Notes: generated by a model not told the origin, from the letters alone. A stretch of 64,000 nt of DNA from Prevotella sp. (GCA_017847725.1 JAGAXW010000025.1:4067-68066); one strand, 5' to 3'. Counted from the first letter of the stretch, positions 47,012 to 57,786 are shown. Translations and numbers: made by a program.

Positions 47012-47788
47012 CTAATAACTGGCCGTACAGGGTATTCCTGCGGCAATCACACGGTCGCGAATGGCATCCAGCTGTTCGCGACTTGCTTTTTCCAGTCCTT
47101 GGGCGGGTGTCTCGCGGTCGATGGTGTATACCATCACCTGTTGGGGCTTGATGGCCTTGACCGCCTCCAGCCAGGGACGGACGTATGCCTCGCCGGTATT
47201 GTCGACCGACTCACCGTTGCACTGTCCGCGCATAAACATGGTCTGGATAATCAGATGCCCGTTGAATGCCTTCATGCGCTCCAGTATTTGTGGCAGGTCA
47301 TAGGTGCCGTTGGGATGATTCACGCGGCGGATGTACTGCGGGTCTACCGTGTCGAGGTGCAGAATGTTGTTGTCGACGCGCATCAGTGCGTCGTGCACCT
47401 GTTGGCGGTGTATCATGGTGGCGTTGCTCAGCACGCAGACTTTTGCCTTAGGGCAGTATTGGTCACGCAACAGGATTGTGTCGTCGATGATTTCGGCAAA
47501 GTGGGGATGGCAGGTGGGCTCGCCGTTGCCGGCAAAGGTCAGAACGTCGGGCAACTGCCCTTCGGCAGTCATCTGCCGGAGCTTATCCTCCAGTCGGATG
47601 CGTACTTCCTCGCGTGTGGGAAGCGGAAGGGTGGGGCGGTGGTCTTCGTTGAAGCCACATTCGCAGAAGATGCAGTCAAACGAACATACCTTACCGTCGG
47701 CAGGCAGCAGATTGATGCCCAGCGAAATGCCCAACCGGCGGCTGTGAATGGGGCCGAAGATGGGTGATGGATAGATGACGGTGCTCAT
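47012..47788 (-). CDS. Radical SAM protein
   Basis: CSFDCIFC, SRRLGISLG and GNGEPT. Confidence 0.9.
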   Translation of the reverse strand: MSTVIYPSPIFGPIHSRRLGISLGINLLPADGKVCSFDCIFCECGFNEDHRPTLPLPTREEVRIRLEDKLRQMTAEGQLPDVLTFAGNGEPTCHPHFAEIIDDTILLRDQYCPKAKVCVLSNATMIHRQQVHDALMRVDNNILHLDTVDPQYIRRVNHPNGTYDLPQILERMKAFNGHLIIQTMFMRGQCNGESVDNTGEAYVRPWLEAVKAIKPQQVMVYTIDRETPAQGLEKASREQLDAIRDRVIAAGIPCTASY

Positions 47789-47890
47789 AATGCCTGCAAA
47801 AATACAAAATAATTCTTAATTCGTGACCTTAATAATTAATTTATTTGTATCTTTGCACGAAATTAGGTGTATTACGTCTAATATGTAGAT

Positions 47891-48769
47891 ATGAGCAAGA
47901 AAAAGAAGAATGGCCGCAGTCGGCGTGGACTGCAGTTTGCCACGTTATGTATAAGTACGACGATGGTGCTCATCCTGTTGGGGATGGTGGTCTTTTTTGT
48001 GTTGTCGGCCCGCAACCTGTCGGCCCACATGAAGGAGAATCTGGTGGTGACTGTCATGCTGAAGGACAGTGTCACGGTGAACGATGCCCATCTTCTCTGT
48101 CGCGACCTTTATCATCGTCCCTATTCCCATAACATCGACTATATCAGTAAGGAGCAGGCACAGCGCGAGCAGATCAAGGAGCTGGGGAGCGACCCGTCGG
48201 AATTCCTGGGCTTCAACCCTTTCCCTGCCACGCTTGAGATACAGCTGAATGCCGACTATGCCAACCGCGACTCGCTGAAGTGGATTGCCAAGGAACTGCG
48301 GCGCGACGCCAGGGTGAGTGAGCTGGCTTATATGGAAGACTTGATGAATAAGGTGAATGTCAACATCAGTCGTGTCAGCATCGTCCTGCTGATACTGGCG
48401 GTACTGCTGACATTTGTCTCTTTCTCGCTCATCAGCAACACCGTCCGCCTGAGCATCTATGCCCGCCGTTTCGTAATACATACGATGAAACTGGTGGGTG
48501 CCTCGTGGGGATTTATCCGACGTCCGTTCCTGAAGCAGGCCATCGCAGTGGGCATCATAGCGGCCCTGCTGGCCATCTGCGTGCTGGGCGCGGGTGTCTA
48601 TGCGCTATACCTGATGCAGCCCGGTCTGATGGGGATTGTCACCTGGGAGGTCGTGGCGATTACAGGTGTCTCCGTATTGCTGTTTGGCATCCTGATTACG
48701 TTCCTGTGCGCCTGGCTCGCCGTCAACAAGTTCTTGCGCATGCGTGCCGGTGAACTATATAAAATCTAA
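47891..48769 (+). CDS. ftsX: Cell division permease FtsX
   Basis: TMKLVGASWGFIRRPF and a four-TM architecture. Confidence 0.9.
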   Translation: MSKKKKNGRSRRGLQFATLCISTTMVLILLGMVVFFVLSARNLSAHMKENLVVTVMLKDSVTVNDAHLLCRDLYHRPYSHNIDYISKEQAQREQIKELGSDPSEFLGFNPFPATLEIQLNADYANRDSLKWIAKELRRDARVSELAYMEDLMNKVNVNISRVSIVLLILAVLLTFVSFSLISNTVRLSIYARRFVIHTMKLVGASWGFIRRPFLKQAIAVGIIAALLAICVLGAGVYALYLMQPGLMGIVTWEVVAITGVSVLLFGILITFLCAWLAVNKFLRMRAGELYKI

Positions 48770-48796
48770 TAAGCGAATAAAATAACGATAGAAAAA

Positions 48797-49036
48797 ATGG
48801 ATAAGAAGGAATTTGCGTTCGACCGCATCAATTATATCCTGCTGGCCATCGGGATGGCCATCGTCATAGTGGGATTTCTCCTGATGAGTGGGGCCGGCTC
48901 TACCGAGTCGGCATACAACCCCGACATCTTCAGTGACCGTCGTATCAAGTTGGCTCCCTTTGTGTGTCTGGTAGGCTTTGTGTCGATGATATATGCAGTG
49001 GTGCGCCGTCCAAAGGATAAGGAGGTAGAACTATGA
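48797..49036 (+). CDS. DUF3098-like small membrane protein
   Basis: Two TM helices; located between ftsX and uppP. Confidence 0.8.
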   Translation: MDKKEFAFDRINYILLAIGMAIVIVGFLLMSGAGSTESAYNPDIFSDRRIKLAPFVCLVGFVSMIYAVVRRPKDKEVEL

Positions 49037-49836
49037 CGTGGTTTGAGGCACTGATACTGGGCATCATCCAGGGACTGACAGAGTATCTGCCCGTCAGCAG
49101 CAGTGGTCATCTGGCCATCGGACAGGCACTGTTCGGCATGCAGGACGGAGCAGACAATCTGATGTTTACCGTTGCCGTCCATGTGGCTACGGTTCTTTCT
49201 ACGATTGTCGTCTTGTGGAGCGAGATAGACTGGATTGTCCGCGGACTGTTCCGTTGTGAGCTGAATGCTGAGACGAAGTATGCCTTGAATATCGTGGTGT
49301 CGATGATTCCCGTCGGCATCGTAGGCCTGTTCTTCAAAGAACAGGTGGAGTCCGTCTTCGGCTCCGGTCTGCTGGTGGTGGGCTGCTGTCTGCTCATTAC
49401 GGCTGCCCTGCTCACCTTCTCCTATTATGCCAAGCCCCGTCAGAAGGAACGCATATCGTGGAAGGACGCACTCATCATCGGTATCGCACAGGCTGTGGCC
49501 GTGCTGCCCGGCGTGTCGCGCTCTGGCTCTACTATCGCAACGGGCCTGCTGTTGGGCAACAAGAAGGAGTCGCTGGCCCAGTTCTCATTCCTGATGGTCA
49601 TTCCGCCTATTCTGGGTGAGGCGCTGCTCGACGTGCTGAAGGCTGTCAAGGGCGAGTCCGTGCTTGGGGGAATCGAGGCCCTGCCTCTCTGTGTCGGCTT
49701 CGTGTCGGCTTTCGTCTTTGGGTGCATTGCCTGTAAGTGGATGATAAACATTGTGAAGCGGGGCAAGCTGATTTATTTTGGCATCTACTGTGCCATCGTT
49801 GGTGTGATAACCATTGTCTGTTCGTTGTTAGGATGA
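49033..49836 (+). CDS. uppP: Undecaprenyl-diphosphatase
   Basis: [15 protein letters not shown] and PGVSRSGST. Confidence 0.95.
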   Translation: MTWFEALILGIIQGLTEYLPVSSSGHLAIGQALFGMQDGADNLMFTVAVHVATVLSTIVVLWSEIDWIVRGLFRCELNAETKYALNIVVSMIPVGIVGLFFKEQVESVFGSGLLVVGCCLLITAALLTFSYYAKPRQKERISWKDALIIGIAQAVAVLPGVSRSGSTIATGLLLGNKKESLAQFSFLMVIPPILGEALLDVLKAVKGESVLGGIEALPLCVGFVSAFVFGCIACKWMINIVKRGKLIYFGIYCAIVGVITIVCSLLG

Positions 49837-50531
49837 ACTTTATCGAGGGAGAATTCATATATATCAACAAACCCTACCGGATGACGTCGTTCGGGGCATT
49901 GGCTTACGTGCGCACACGTGTGTCAAGAAAGATAGGTGTGCGACGGGTCAAGATAGGTCATGCCGGAACCCTCGACCCCCTGGCCACAGGTGTGCTCATC
50001 CTCTGTACGGGCAAGAAGACAAAAGAGATAGAGCGGCTGCAGCTGGACACCAAGGAATATACCGCCACCCTGCAGCTGGGCGCCACGACTCCCAGCTACG
50101 ACATGGAGCATGAGGTAGACGCTACCTATCCCACCCAGCACATCACGCGCGAACTGATAGAGCAGGTGCTGCCCACTTTCGTGGGCGACATTCAGCAGGT
50201 GCCCCCAGAGTATTCGGCCGTCAAGATTAGCGGCGACCGTGCCTACGAACTGATGCGCAAGGGAGAAACCGTCGAACTGAAGGCGAAGACCATCAGAATC
50301 GACCGGCTGGAACTGACCCATTTCGATGCTGCCACGATGCAGATGAGCATTCGTGTGCAGTGTGGCAAGGGCACCTATATCCGCTCGTTGGCGCGCGACA
50401 TCGGGCGTGCGCTTCATAGCGGTGCCTACCTGACGGCCCTCTGCCGAACGCGTGTCGGCGATGTGCATATCGACGACTGTCTCACGCTCGACGACTTTCC
50501 GCAGTGGCTGGAGAACAATGTAGAAGAATAA
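49833..50531 (+). CDS. truB: tRNA pseudouridine(55) synthase
   Basis: [14 protein letters not shown] and [11 protein letters not shown]. Confidence 0.95.
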   Translation: MNFIEGEFIYINKPYRMTSFGALAYVRTRVSRKIGVRRVKIGHAGTLDPLATGVLILCTGKKTKEIERLQLDTKEYTATLQLGATTPSYDMEHEVDATYPTQHITRELIEQVLPTFVGDIQQVPPEYSAVKISGDRAYELMRKGETVELKAKTIRIDRLELTHFDAATMQMSIRVQCGKGTYIRSLARDIGRALHSGAYLTALCRTRVGDVHIDDCLTLDDFPQWLENNVEE

Positions 50532-50555
50532 GCAGAAAAATACAAGCATAATCAC

Positions 50556-51698
50556 ATGAAGCTATCACAATTCAAATTCAAATTGCCAGAGGAACTGGTG
50601 GCACTGGAGCCGCCCCATCGCGTGTTCAACAACGACGATGGCACGGTAGAGAAAGTCTACCATCGCGACGAATGTCGTCTTATGGTGGTGCACCGCAAGA
50701 GTCAGACGATAGACATGCACGAGAAAGACGCTGACGGCAACGCTACCGACCGCTTCCTGACCTTCCGTAATCTGATTGACTATTTTGACGAGGGCGATGT
50801 CATGATACTCAATGACACCAAGGTCTTCCCTGCCCGTCTTTTCGGTACCAAGGAAAAGACGGATGCCAAGATAGAGGTCTTCCTGCTGCGCGAGCTCAAC
50901 GAGGAGCTTCGCCTCTGGGATGTGCTGGTGGAGCCTGCCCGCAAGATACGTATCGGCAACAAGCTGTTCTTCGACGAAGACGGGCCCATGGTGGCAGAGG
51001 TGATAGACAACACCACCAGCCGAGGTCGCACGCTGCGCTTCCTCTATGATTGTGACCACGAAGACTTCAAGCGCGAGCTCTTCTCTTTGGGCTCGGCACC
51101 ACTGCCTCGCTATATCATCAACAAGCGCGAGGCTACGGCCGACGATATGGAGAACTTCCAGACCATCTACGCCAAGAATGAAGGGGCGGTCACCGCTCCT
51201 GCCTCCGGACTGCATTTCAGCCGCGAACTGATGAAGCGCCTCGAGATACGCGGCATCGAGTTCTCGTTCATCACCGTGCACTGCGGGCTGGGCTGCTTCG
51301 ACCCCATAGAGGTGGAAGACCTCACCAAGCATAAGATGAGCTCCGAACAGATGATGGTGAGCGGCGAGGCTTGCAAAATCGCCAACGAGGCCAAGGTTGC
51401 AGGCCGGCATATCTGTGCCGTGGGAGTGAGTACGCTGCGTGCCACGGAGACCGCTGTCGGTACCGACGGGATGCTGAAAGAGTACAACGGGTGGACCAAC
51501 AAGTTCATCTTCCCGCCCTACGACTTCGGACTTGTCGACTCGCTGATTACCAATTTCTATCATCCGGAGTCTACCATGCTGATGGCTACGGCAGCCTTTG
51601 GCGGCTACGACCTGGTGATGGAGGCCTACAAGATGGCCGTAGACAACGGCTACCAGTTTGGCTGCTACGGCGATGCCGTGTTGATACTGGATGACTAA
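50556..51698 (+). CDS. queA: SAM:tRNA ribosyltransferase-isomerase
   Basis: [31 protein letters not shown] and TNFYHPEST. Confidence 0.9.
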   Translation: MKLSQFKFKLPEELVALEPPHRVFNNDDGTVEKVYHRDECRLMVVHRKSQTIDMHEKDADGNATDRFLTFRNLIDYFDEGDVMILNDTKVFPARLFGTKEKTDAKIEVFLLRELNEELRLWDVLVEPARKIRIGNKLFFDEDGPMVAEVIDNTTSRGRTLRFLYDCDHEDFKRELFSLGSAPLPRYIINKREATADDMENFQTIYAKNEGAVTAPASGLHFSRELMKRLEIRGIEFSFITVHCGLGCFDPIEVEDLTKHKMSSEQMMVSGEACKIANEAKVAGRHICAVGVSTLRATETAVGTDGMLKEYNGWTNKFIFPPYDFGLVDSLITNFYHPESTMLMATAAFGGYDLVMEAYKMAVDNGYQFGCYGDAVLILDD

Positions 51699-52122
51699 AC
51701 ACCGGGTTTACTTCAGTCTGGGCTCCAACCTGGGCGACCGGCGGGCCAATGTGGAGCAGGCCATCCGCCTCATAGGCGAAAGGGTAGGGCAGGTGCTCCG
51801 GCAGTCGTCGCTGATGGAGACGGAGCCGTGGGGATTCCACTCCGACCACCCGTTTGTCAATGCCGCCATCCTCTGTGAGACGGAGCGGACACCGCGCGAG
51901 GTGCTCCTGCTGACACAGCAGATAGAGCGCGACATGGGAAAGACCGAGGCACACGCCACTCAGCGCCGCCGGCTGACGACTTACCACGACCGCCCCATCG
52001 ATATAGACATCCTGCTCTATGACGACTTGACGATGGACGAGCCCGACCTGAAGATTCCCCATCCGCTGATGCACCAGCGCGACTTCGTGATGATACCGTT
52101 AAAGGAAATTACTAACCCATAA
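51691..52122 (+). CDS. folK: 2-amino-4-hydroxy-6-hydroxymethyldihydropteridine diphosphokinase
   Basis: [16 protein letters not shown] and IPHP...RDFV. Confidence 0.95.
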   Translation: MTKHRVYFSLGSNLGDRRANVEQAIRLIGERVGQVLRQSSLMETEPWGFHSDHPFVNAAILCETERTPREVLLLTQQIERDMGKTEAHATQRRRLTTYHDRPIDIDILLYDDLTMDEPDLKIPHPLMHQRDFVMIPLKEITNP

Positions 52123-52134
52123 AAACAAACGAAC

Positions 52135-53622
52135 ATGAGAAAACTGATCTGTATGTTGATGCTGGCCGTCGCAGTGGTGGCCCAGGCACAGAAGGCGTCC
52201 TGCTGCAAGGACGGCAATCCTTACAAGAAGTACACCGCCAACCTCCCGTTCCAGATGCCGGAGGTGAGTGCTCCCGTCATTCCTGACTACCAAGTCAATC
52301 TGAAGGACTTTGGTGCCGTGGGCGACGGCATCACCCTGAACACGCAGGCTTTTGCCAAGGCCATCGATGCGCTGACTGCCAAGGGCGGAGGCCGTCTGGT
52401 CGTTCCCCAGGGTGTGTGGCTTACAGGTCCTATCGTGCTGAAGAGCAATATCGACCTTCACCTCAAGGTGGGTGCCGTCATCCAGTTCTCTGGCGACGAG
52501 GCACTGTATCCTATCATCAAGACGTCCTTTGAGGGCCTTGACACCCGTCGCTGCCAGTCGCCGCTGAGTGCCAATGGTGCTACGAATATCGCCATCACGG
52601 GCAAGGGCGTCATCGACGGTAACGGCCAGTTCTGGCGTCCGGTCAAGAAGTCGAAGGTCACCGAGGCACAGTGGAAGGAAGTCCTCAGCCGTCCGGGCGG
52701 TGTGGAGATGAAGAAGGGCTACTGGGTGCCCAACCAGGGCTATGTGCAGGGCGAGAAGGGTGCCAACATGAATGTGCCCAACGCCCAGACCGAGGAAGAG
52801 TGGAACGCCATCAAGCGCTTCCTGCGCCCAGTCATGATTTCGCTCGTCAACTGTAAGAATGTGCTGCTGCAGGGTGTCATCTTCCAGAACTCGCCCGCGT
52901 GGAACATCCATCCGCTCATGTGCGAGAATATCATTATCGACAATGTGCTGGCCCGTAACCCCTCGTATGCCCAGAACGGCGATGCCCTCGACCTGGAGTC
53001 TTGCAAGAACGCACTCATCGTCAACTCTAAGTTCGATGCTGGCGACGACGGTATCTGCATCAAGAGCGGTAAGGATGCCGACGGACGCCGTCGTGGCATT
53101 CCCTGTGAGAATGTTGTCGTCGACGGCTGCACCGTATTCGCTGGCCACGGTGGCTTCGTGGTAGGCTCTGAAATGAGTGGCGGCGTGAAGAACATCCTCG
53201 TCGAGAACTGCCAGTTCCTGGGCACTGACGTAGGTCTGCGCTTCAAGTCCACCCGCGGTCGTGGCGGCATCGTGGAGAACATCAACATCAACAATGTCTC
53301 CATGACTGACATCAAGACAGACGCCATCACGTTCAATATGTACTATGGCGGCAAGTCTGTGGCCGAGATGCTGGCCGACGGCGACAATCCCGACAACGTG
53401 ACCAAGATGCCTGTCAACGAGGAGACGCCCATCTTCCGCAACATCAACATCAAGGACATCATCTGCAACGATGCCGGTCGTGCCATGGAGTTCAACGGTC
53501 TGCCCGAAATGCCTATCGACGGCATCTCGCTGGAGAACGTCACCATTCAGGCCAAGAAAGATGCTGTGTTCACCAACTGCAAGAACATCAAGAAGAAGAA
53601 CGTGAACATCACTGTAAAGTAA
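52135..53622 (+). CDS. Glycoside hydrolase family 28 (polygalacturonase-like), secreted
   Basis: Signal peptide; NGDALD, GDDGICIKSG, GHGG and LRFKS. Confidence 0.92.
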   Translation: MRKLICMLMLAVAVVAQAQKASCCKDGNPYKKYTANLPFQMPEVSAPVIPDYQVNLKDFGAVGDGITLNTQAFAKAIDALTAKGGGRLVVPQGVWLTGPIVLKSNIDLHLKVGAVIQFSGDEALYPIIKTSFEGLDTRRCQSPLSANGATNIAITGKGVIDGNGQFWRPVKKSKVTEAQWKEVLSRPGGVEMKKGYWVPNQGYVQGEKGANMNVPNAQTEEEWNAIKRFLRPVMISLVNCKNVLLQGVIFQNSPAWNIHPLMCENIIIDNVLARNPSYAQNGDALDLESCKNALIVNSKFDAGDDGICIKSGKDADGRRRGIPCENVVVDGCTVFAGHGGFVVGSEMSGGVKNILVENCQFLGTDVGLRFKSTRGRGGIVENININNVSMTDIKTDAITFNMYYGGKSVAEMLADGDNPDNVTKMPVNEETPIFRNINIKDIICNDAGRAMEFNGLPEMPIDGISLENVTIQAKKDAVFTNCKNIKKKNVNITVK

Positions 53623-53639
53623 GCGTAACGAGTCCACAT

Positions 53640-53675
53640 AAACAAGCCCCGCCAGTGAGATGGCGGGGCTTGTTT
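53640..53675. terminator. Bidirectional terminator between GH28 and rpsO
   Basis: AAACAAGCCCCGCCA/TGGCGGGGCTTGTTT. Confidence 0.85.
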
Positions 53676-53696
53676 GTTTGGTATGATGCTTTCCGG

Positions 53697-53966
53697 TTAC
53701 TTACGCAGGCCGAGAGCCTTGATCAGTGCACGATAGCGGTTGATGTCCTTGTTGTAGAGATACTTCAGGAGCTTGCGGCGACGACCTACCATCTTGGTCA
53801 GCGAACGAGCGGTGCCGAAGTCCTTCTTGTTCTTCTTCAGGTGTTCTGTCAGGTGCTGGATGCGATAGGTGAACAGGGCAACCTGGCTCTCTACAGAACC
53901 TGTGTCTGTGGCCGACTGGCCATACTCGGTGAAAATCTCAACTTTCTTAGCTGAATCTAAATACAT
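53697..53966 (-). CDS. rpsO: 30S ribosomal protein S15
   Basis: DTGSVESQVA, HLKKNKKD and RRRKLLKYL. Confidence 0.97.
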   Translation of the reverse strand: MYLDSAKKVEIFTEYGQSATDTGSVESQVALFTYRIQHLTEHLKKNKKDFGTARSLTKMVGRRRKLLKYLYNKDINRYRALIKALGLRK

Positions 53967-54070
53967 TGTTGTTTTGATTAAATAATGTTTGCCATAACAT
54001 CCTTCCCGCGCTCACTGCCTTTAATCACAGCCGTTTCACATGGTCGAATGTATCGGATTTTCCGAATAGC
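53967..54070 (-). promoter_or_regulatory. Long structured 5' leader of rpsO (candidate S15 autoregulatory RNA)
   Basis: TAATTTTG -7 box at 54083-54076; ACATTC/GGATGT closing stem with an inner CTG/CAG hairpin. Confidence 0.45.
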
Positions 54071-54156
54071 GGCCGCAAAATTACAAATAATTCGCCAAAC
54101 CAACAAATTTTTCGTGGAAAATTCGTACCTTTGCACCCGAATTTACGCAAAGAGAT

Positions 54157-55959
54157 ATGCAGGACATTAGAAATATCGCGATTATCGCACACGTAGACCA
54201 CGGTAAGACGACGCTCGTGGACAAGATGATGCTGGCAGGAAACCTGTTTCGTGAGGGACAGAACCTGTCGAGCCAGGTGTTGGACGCTAACGACTTGGAG
54301 CGCGAGCGCGGCATCACCATCCTTTCGAAGAATGTGAGCATCAACTGGAAAGGTACTAAAATCAATATCATCGACACGCCGGGACACTCCGACTTCGGAG
54401 GCGAGGTGGAGCGCGTGCTCAACATGGCCGACGGATGCCTGCTGCTGGTAGACGCCTTTGAGGGGCCGATGCCGCAGACGCGATTTGTGCTGCAGAAGGC
54501 TTTGCAGATTGGACTGAAGCCTATCGTCGTGGTCAACAAGGTCGACAAGCCTAACTGCCGCCCGGAGGAGGTCTACGAGATGGTGTTCGACCTCATGTTC
54601 TCGCTCAACGCCACTGAGGACCAGCTCGACTTCCCCGTTGTCTATGGCTCGGCCAAGAACGGCTGGATGAGTGAGGACTACAACAAGCCTACTACGGACA
54701 TCACCTATCTGCTCGACAAGATAGTAGAGGTGATACCTGCTCCGCAGCAGCTGGAGGGTACTCCCCAGATGCTTATCACCAGCCTCGACTACTCCAGCTA
54801 TACGGGCCGTATCGCCGTGGGCCGCGTCCATCGCGGCCAGCTGCGCGACGGTCAGCAGGTGACCATCGCCCATCGCGACGGCACCATGGAGAAGACGAAA
54901 ATCAAGGAGCTGCACACCTTCGACGGCATGGGCCACCAGCGCATCGACCACGTAGACTGTGGCGACATCTGTGCCGTCATCGGACTGGACAAGTTTGAAA
55001 TAGGCGACACCATCTGTGACGTAGAGAATCCGGAGCCCCTGCCGCCTATCGCCATCGACGAGCCTACCATGTCGATGCTCTTCACCATCAACGACTCTCC
55101 CTTCTTCGGCAAGGAGGGCAAGTTTGTCACCTCGCGCCATATCAACGACCGTCTGGAGAAGGAACTGGAGAAGAACCTGGCCCTGCGCGTAGAACCCTTC
55201 GAGGACTCTACCGACCGCTGGGTGGTGTCGGGCCGTGGCGTGCTGCACCTCAGCGTGCTCATCGAGACCATGCGTCGCGAGGGCTACGAACTGCAGGTCG
55301 GACAGCCGCAGGTAATCTATAAGGAGATAGACGGCCAGAAGTGCGAACCCGTCGAGGAGCTCACCATCAATGTGCCGGAGGAGTTTGCCTCCAAGATGAT
55401 TGACATGGTGACGCGCCGCAAGGGCGAGATGACCTCGATGGAGAGCCAGGGCGAGCGCACCAATATCGAGTTCGACATCCCCTCGCGCGGCATCATCGGC
55501 CTGCGCACCAACGTGCTGACGGCCAGTCAGGGTGAGGCCATCATGGCCCATCGCTTCAAGGAATATCAGCCCTACAAGGGCGACATCGAGCGCCGCGTCA
55601 ACGGCTCCATGATAGCCCTCGAGACGGGCAATGCCTTCGCCTATGCCATCGACAAGCTGCAGGATCGCGGCAAGTTCTTCATCGACCCGGGCGAGGACGT
55701 ATATATGGGACAGGTCGTAGGCGAGCATGTCCACGACAACGACCTCGTCGTCAACGTCTGCAAGGCCAAGCAGCTCACCAATGTCCGTGCCTCGGGCACT
55801 GACGATAAGGCGCGCATCATCCCCAAGGTCGTCATGTCGCTCGAGGAGTGCCTCGAATATATCAAGGAAGACGAGCTTGTTGAGGTAACGCCCAAGTCGA
55901 TGCGCATGCGCAAGATTATTCTCGACCATGATCAGCGTAAAAAGGCTAATAAGCAGTAA
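54157..55959 (+). CDS. typA: Translational GTPase TypA/BipA
   Basis: AHVDHGKTT, DTPGHSDFGGEVER, NKVD and GRGVLHL. Confidence 0.97.
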   Translation: MQDIRNIAIIAHVDHGKTTLVDKMMLAGNLFREGQNLSSQVLDANDLERERGITILSKNVSINWKGTKINIIDTPGHSDFGGEVERVLNMADGCLLLVDAFEGPMPQTRFVLQKALQIGLKPIVVVNKVDKPNCRPEEVYEMVFDLMFSLNATEDQLDFPVVYGSAKNGWMSEDYNKPTTDITYLLDKIVEVIPAPQQLEGTPQMLITSLDYSSYTGRIAVGRVHRGQLRDGQQVTIAHRDGTMEKTKIKELHTFDGMGHQRIDHVDCGDICAVIGLDKFEIGDTICDVENPEPLPPIAIDEPTMSMLFTINDSPFFGKEGKFVTSRHINDRLEKELEKNLALRVEPFEDSTDRWVVSGRGVLHLSVLIETMRREGYELQVGQPQVIYKEIDGQKCEPVEELTINVPEEFASKMIDMVTRRKGEMTSMESQGERTNIEFDIPSRGIIGLRTNVLTASQGEAIMAHRFKEYQPYKGDIERRVNGSMIALETGNAFAYAIDKLQDRGKFFIDPGEDVYMGQVVGEHVHDNDLVVNVCKAKQLTNVRASGTDDKARIIPKVVMSLEECLEYIKEDELVEVTPKSMRMRKIILDHDQRKKANKQ

Positions 55960-55997
55960 CAAACAATAAAATCAAGTTTCACTTCTATGGATAAATG

Positions 55998-56038
55998 ACT
56001 TAGTTTCAGCGCAATGCGTGTGAAACTAAGTTTTTTTT
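55998..56038 (+). terminator. typA terminator
   Basis: CTTAGTTTCA...TGAAACTAAG followed by T8. Confidence 0.75.
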
Positions 56039-56082
56039 GTGCCTCCCTTTTCCGCTATTTTAAGGTCAAAAACTGTTTTCTC

Positions 56083-56156
56083 TGCATCGTGCGACGGCCG
56101 TCGCACGAATGTTTCACAGCCGTCGTACATATCTACCACGGCCGTCGCACGATGCA
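56083..56156. repeat. Palindromic 22-bp-period repeat with 19-bp terminal inverted repeats
   Basis: Perfect palindrome at 56087-56108; units at 56094, 56116 and 56138. Confidence 0.75.
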
Positions 56157-56369
56157 CTCCCGTCCTTTTTGGTCGATTGCGGCATGCTGTTTGTTAGAGC
56201 GATGCCTTTGATTGCAAATGAGAAATCATTGGTGTTAGAAAAGCGGAACCAACTTTAGCGCCCCCCAATAATATGCATTGACAGATATGTAGTTTCACAC
56301 AAAACCGCTTAGTAGCCAGTGGGTTACTAAGCGGCGTGAAACTTTTTTTTCTTGTTGTGTGCGGCTATA

Positions 56370-56434
56370 GTCTGACTAACGTATCCCTGATAGATGAACG
56401 GGTTCTTGATGTGAATTTTCTTGGCTGTTCTCAT
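56370..56434 (-). pseudogene. 5' remnant of an AAA/ATP-binding protein gene
   Basis: MRTAKKIHIKNPFIYQGYVS resembles the NPF..GY start of Bacteroidetes ATPases, then the similarity ends. A TACCTTTG promoter box lies upstream. Confidence 0.45.
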
Positions 56435-56455
56435 AGGTGCATAATAATATTTGCA

Positions 56456-56496
56456 ACGTAAATTCCGTGACGTAAATTCCGTGACGTAAATTCCGT
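56456..56496. repeat. 14-bp tandem repeat x3 (ACGTAAATTCCGTG)
   Basis: Read directly; lies immediately downstream of the minus-strand -7 box. Confidence 0.85.
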
Positions 56497-56549
56497 TGCA
56501 AAGGTAGCTCCTTATTTCCTAATTTGCAGGTTTTTCGGGAAAAAAGTTG

Positions 56550-57044
56550 TTACGCGTCGGCAAAGGTGCGTCCGTCGTCGAGGGTGACCTGTAGTTTGGT
56601 GTACTCGCTGTGGAAGTGGTGCTGCAGACGGTCGAGGTAGCGGGCGCTCTCCCACTTGCACATGGGCAGGTCGTGGAGCAAGTAGTTACCGCAGGTCTGC
56701 GGCTCTGTGGCGGGCACCTCGTCTTGTGTGAGAATCCATTGCAGACACTCGATGGTCAGGCGGCGCATGTCTTGGACGGTGTATGCGCCTGTCATGATGA
56801 TGTACATGCCCGTGAGGCAGCCCATGGGGCCGACGTAGACGACGTCGTCCTTGACTTGGCTGTTGCGGAACCATGTGGCCATGAGGTGCTCCAGACTGTG
56901 GATGGCTGCAGGCGCTACGGCGGGCTCCTTGTTGGGCTCAGTGATGCGCAGGTCGAAGGTGGTGAAGCCCTTGTCTTCGCGCGACACGTAGATGCCTGGC
57001 TTCAGGTGGGTGTGGTCGATGGTAAAGCTCTGTATGACTTCCAT
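56550..57044 (-). CDS. luxS: S-ribosylhomocysteine lyase
   Basis: SFTIDH, HSLEH, GPMGCLTG and CGNYLLH. Confidence 0.96.
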   Translation of the reverse strand: MEVIQSFTIDHTHLKPGIYVSREDKGFTTFDLRITEPNKEPAVAPAAIHSLEHLMATWFRNSQVKDDVVYVGPMGCLTGMYIIMTGAYTVQDMRRLTIECLQWILTQDEVPATEPQTCGNYLLHDLPMCKWESARYLDRLQHHFHSEYTKLQVTLDDGRTFADA

Positions 57045-57059
57045 AATGCTGTGGGTTGT

Positions 57060-57710
57060 TTAGATGAGGCTTTCGACGAATGTCTTGGTGACCTGGAACG
57101 AGTGCTCAGCCACGGTGTCCCAGAAGTTGTGATACTGCGAGGCGTCAGTGTCGTGCAGGGGCATGTCGCTGACGACGCGGAACGAGATGAAGGGCACCTT
57201 GTTGATGTAGCAGGTCTGGGCGATGGCGCACGACTCCATGTCGACGGCGCAGGCATCGGGGAACTTGTCGACGATGCTGCGCATCTTCTCCTTCGAGTCG
57301 ACAAACCAGTCGCCAGTGACGATGAGGCCGGTGTGGATGTTCAGCGAGGTGAGGGCCGACAGTTCCCGGGCCTTCTGGAGCAGCATGGGGTCGGCCTGAT
57401 AGCGGACGGGCAGTCCCTGCACCTGTCCGTAGGCGGTGGTGCTGTCGATGGCTGTTCCGCAGTAGACGTCGTGGTAGGTGAGCTCGCTGCTGACCACCAC
57501 GTCCTGTATGTTGATGCCTTCGCCGTTGCCGCCTGCGCATCCGCTGGAGATGATGCAGTCGGGGTGGAACTCGTTGATGATGCGCTGTGCGCCGAGGGCG
57601 GCGTTGACCTTGCCGATGCCGCACTTCTCTACGCGTACGTTGCCGTCGGTGAAGAGCGACTGGAGCTGTCGGAGCTCCTTGTCCATTGCTACGATAATAC
57701 CTATTTTCAT
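57060..57710 (-). CDS. mtnN: 5'-methylthioadenosine/SAH nucleosidase
   Basis: KIGIIVAM, GIGKVNAA, TGDWFV, VDMESCA and RVVSD. Confidence 0.95.
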   Translation of the reverse strand: MKIGIIVAMDKELRQLQSLFTDGNVRVEKCGIGKVNAALGAQRIINEFHPDCIISSGCAGGNGEGINIQDVVVSSELTYHDVYCGTAIDSTTAYGQVQGLPVRYQADPMLLQKARELSALTSLNIHTGLIVTGDWFVDSKEKMRSIVDKFPDACAVDMESCAIAQTCYINKVPFISFRVVSDMPLHDTDASQYHNFWDTVAEHSFQVTKTFVESLI

Positions 57711-57786
57711 ATATTTCTTGTTTGCTGCGTGCAAAATTACAAAATTTTTTCTTACCTTTGCATCATTAAAATAAATTAATTTAATC

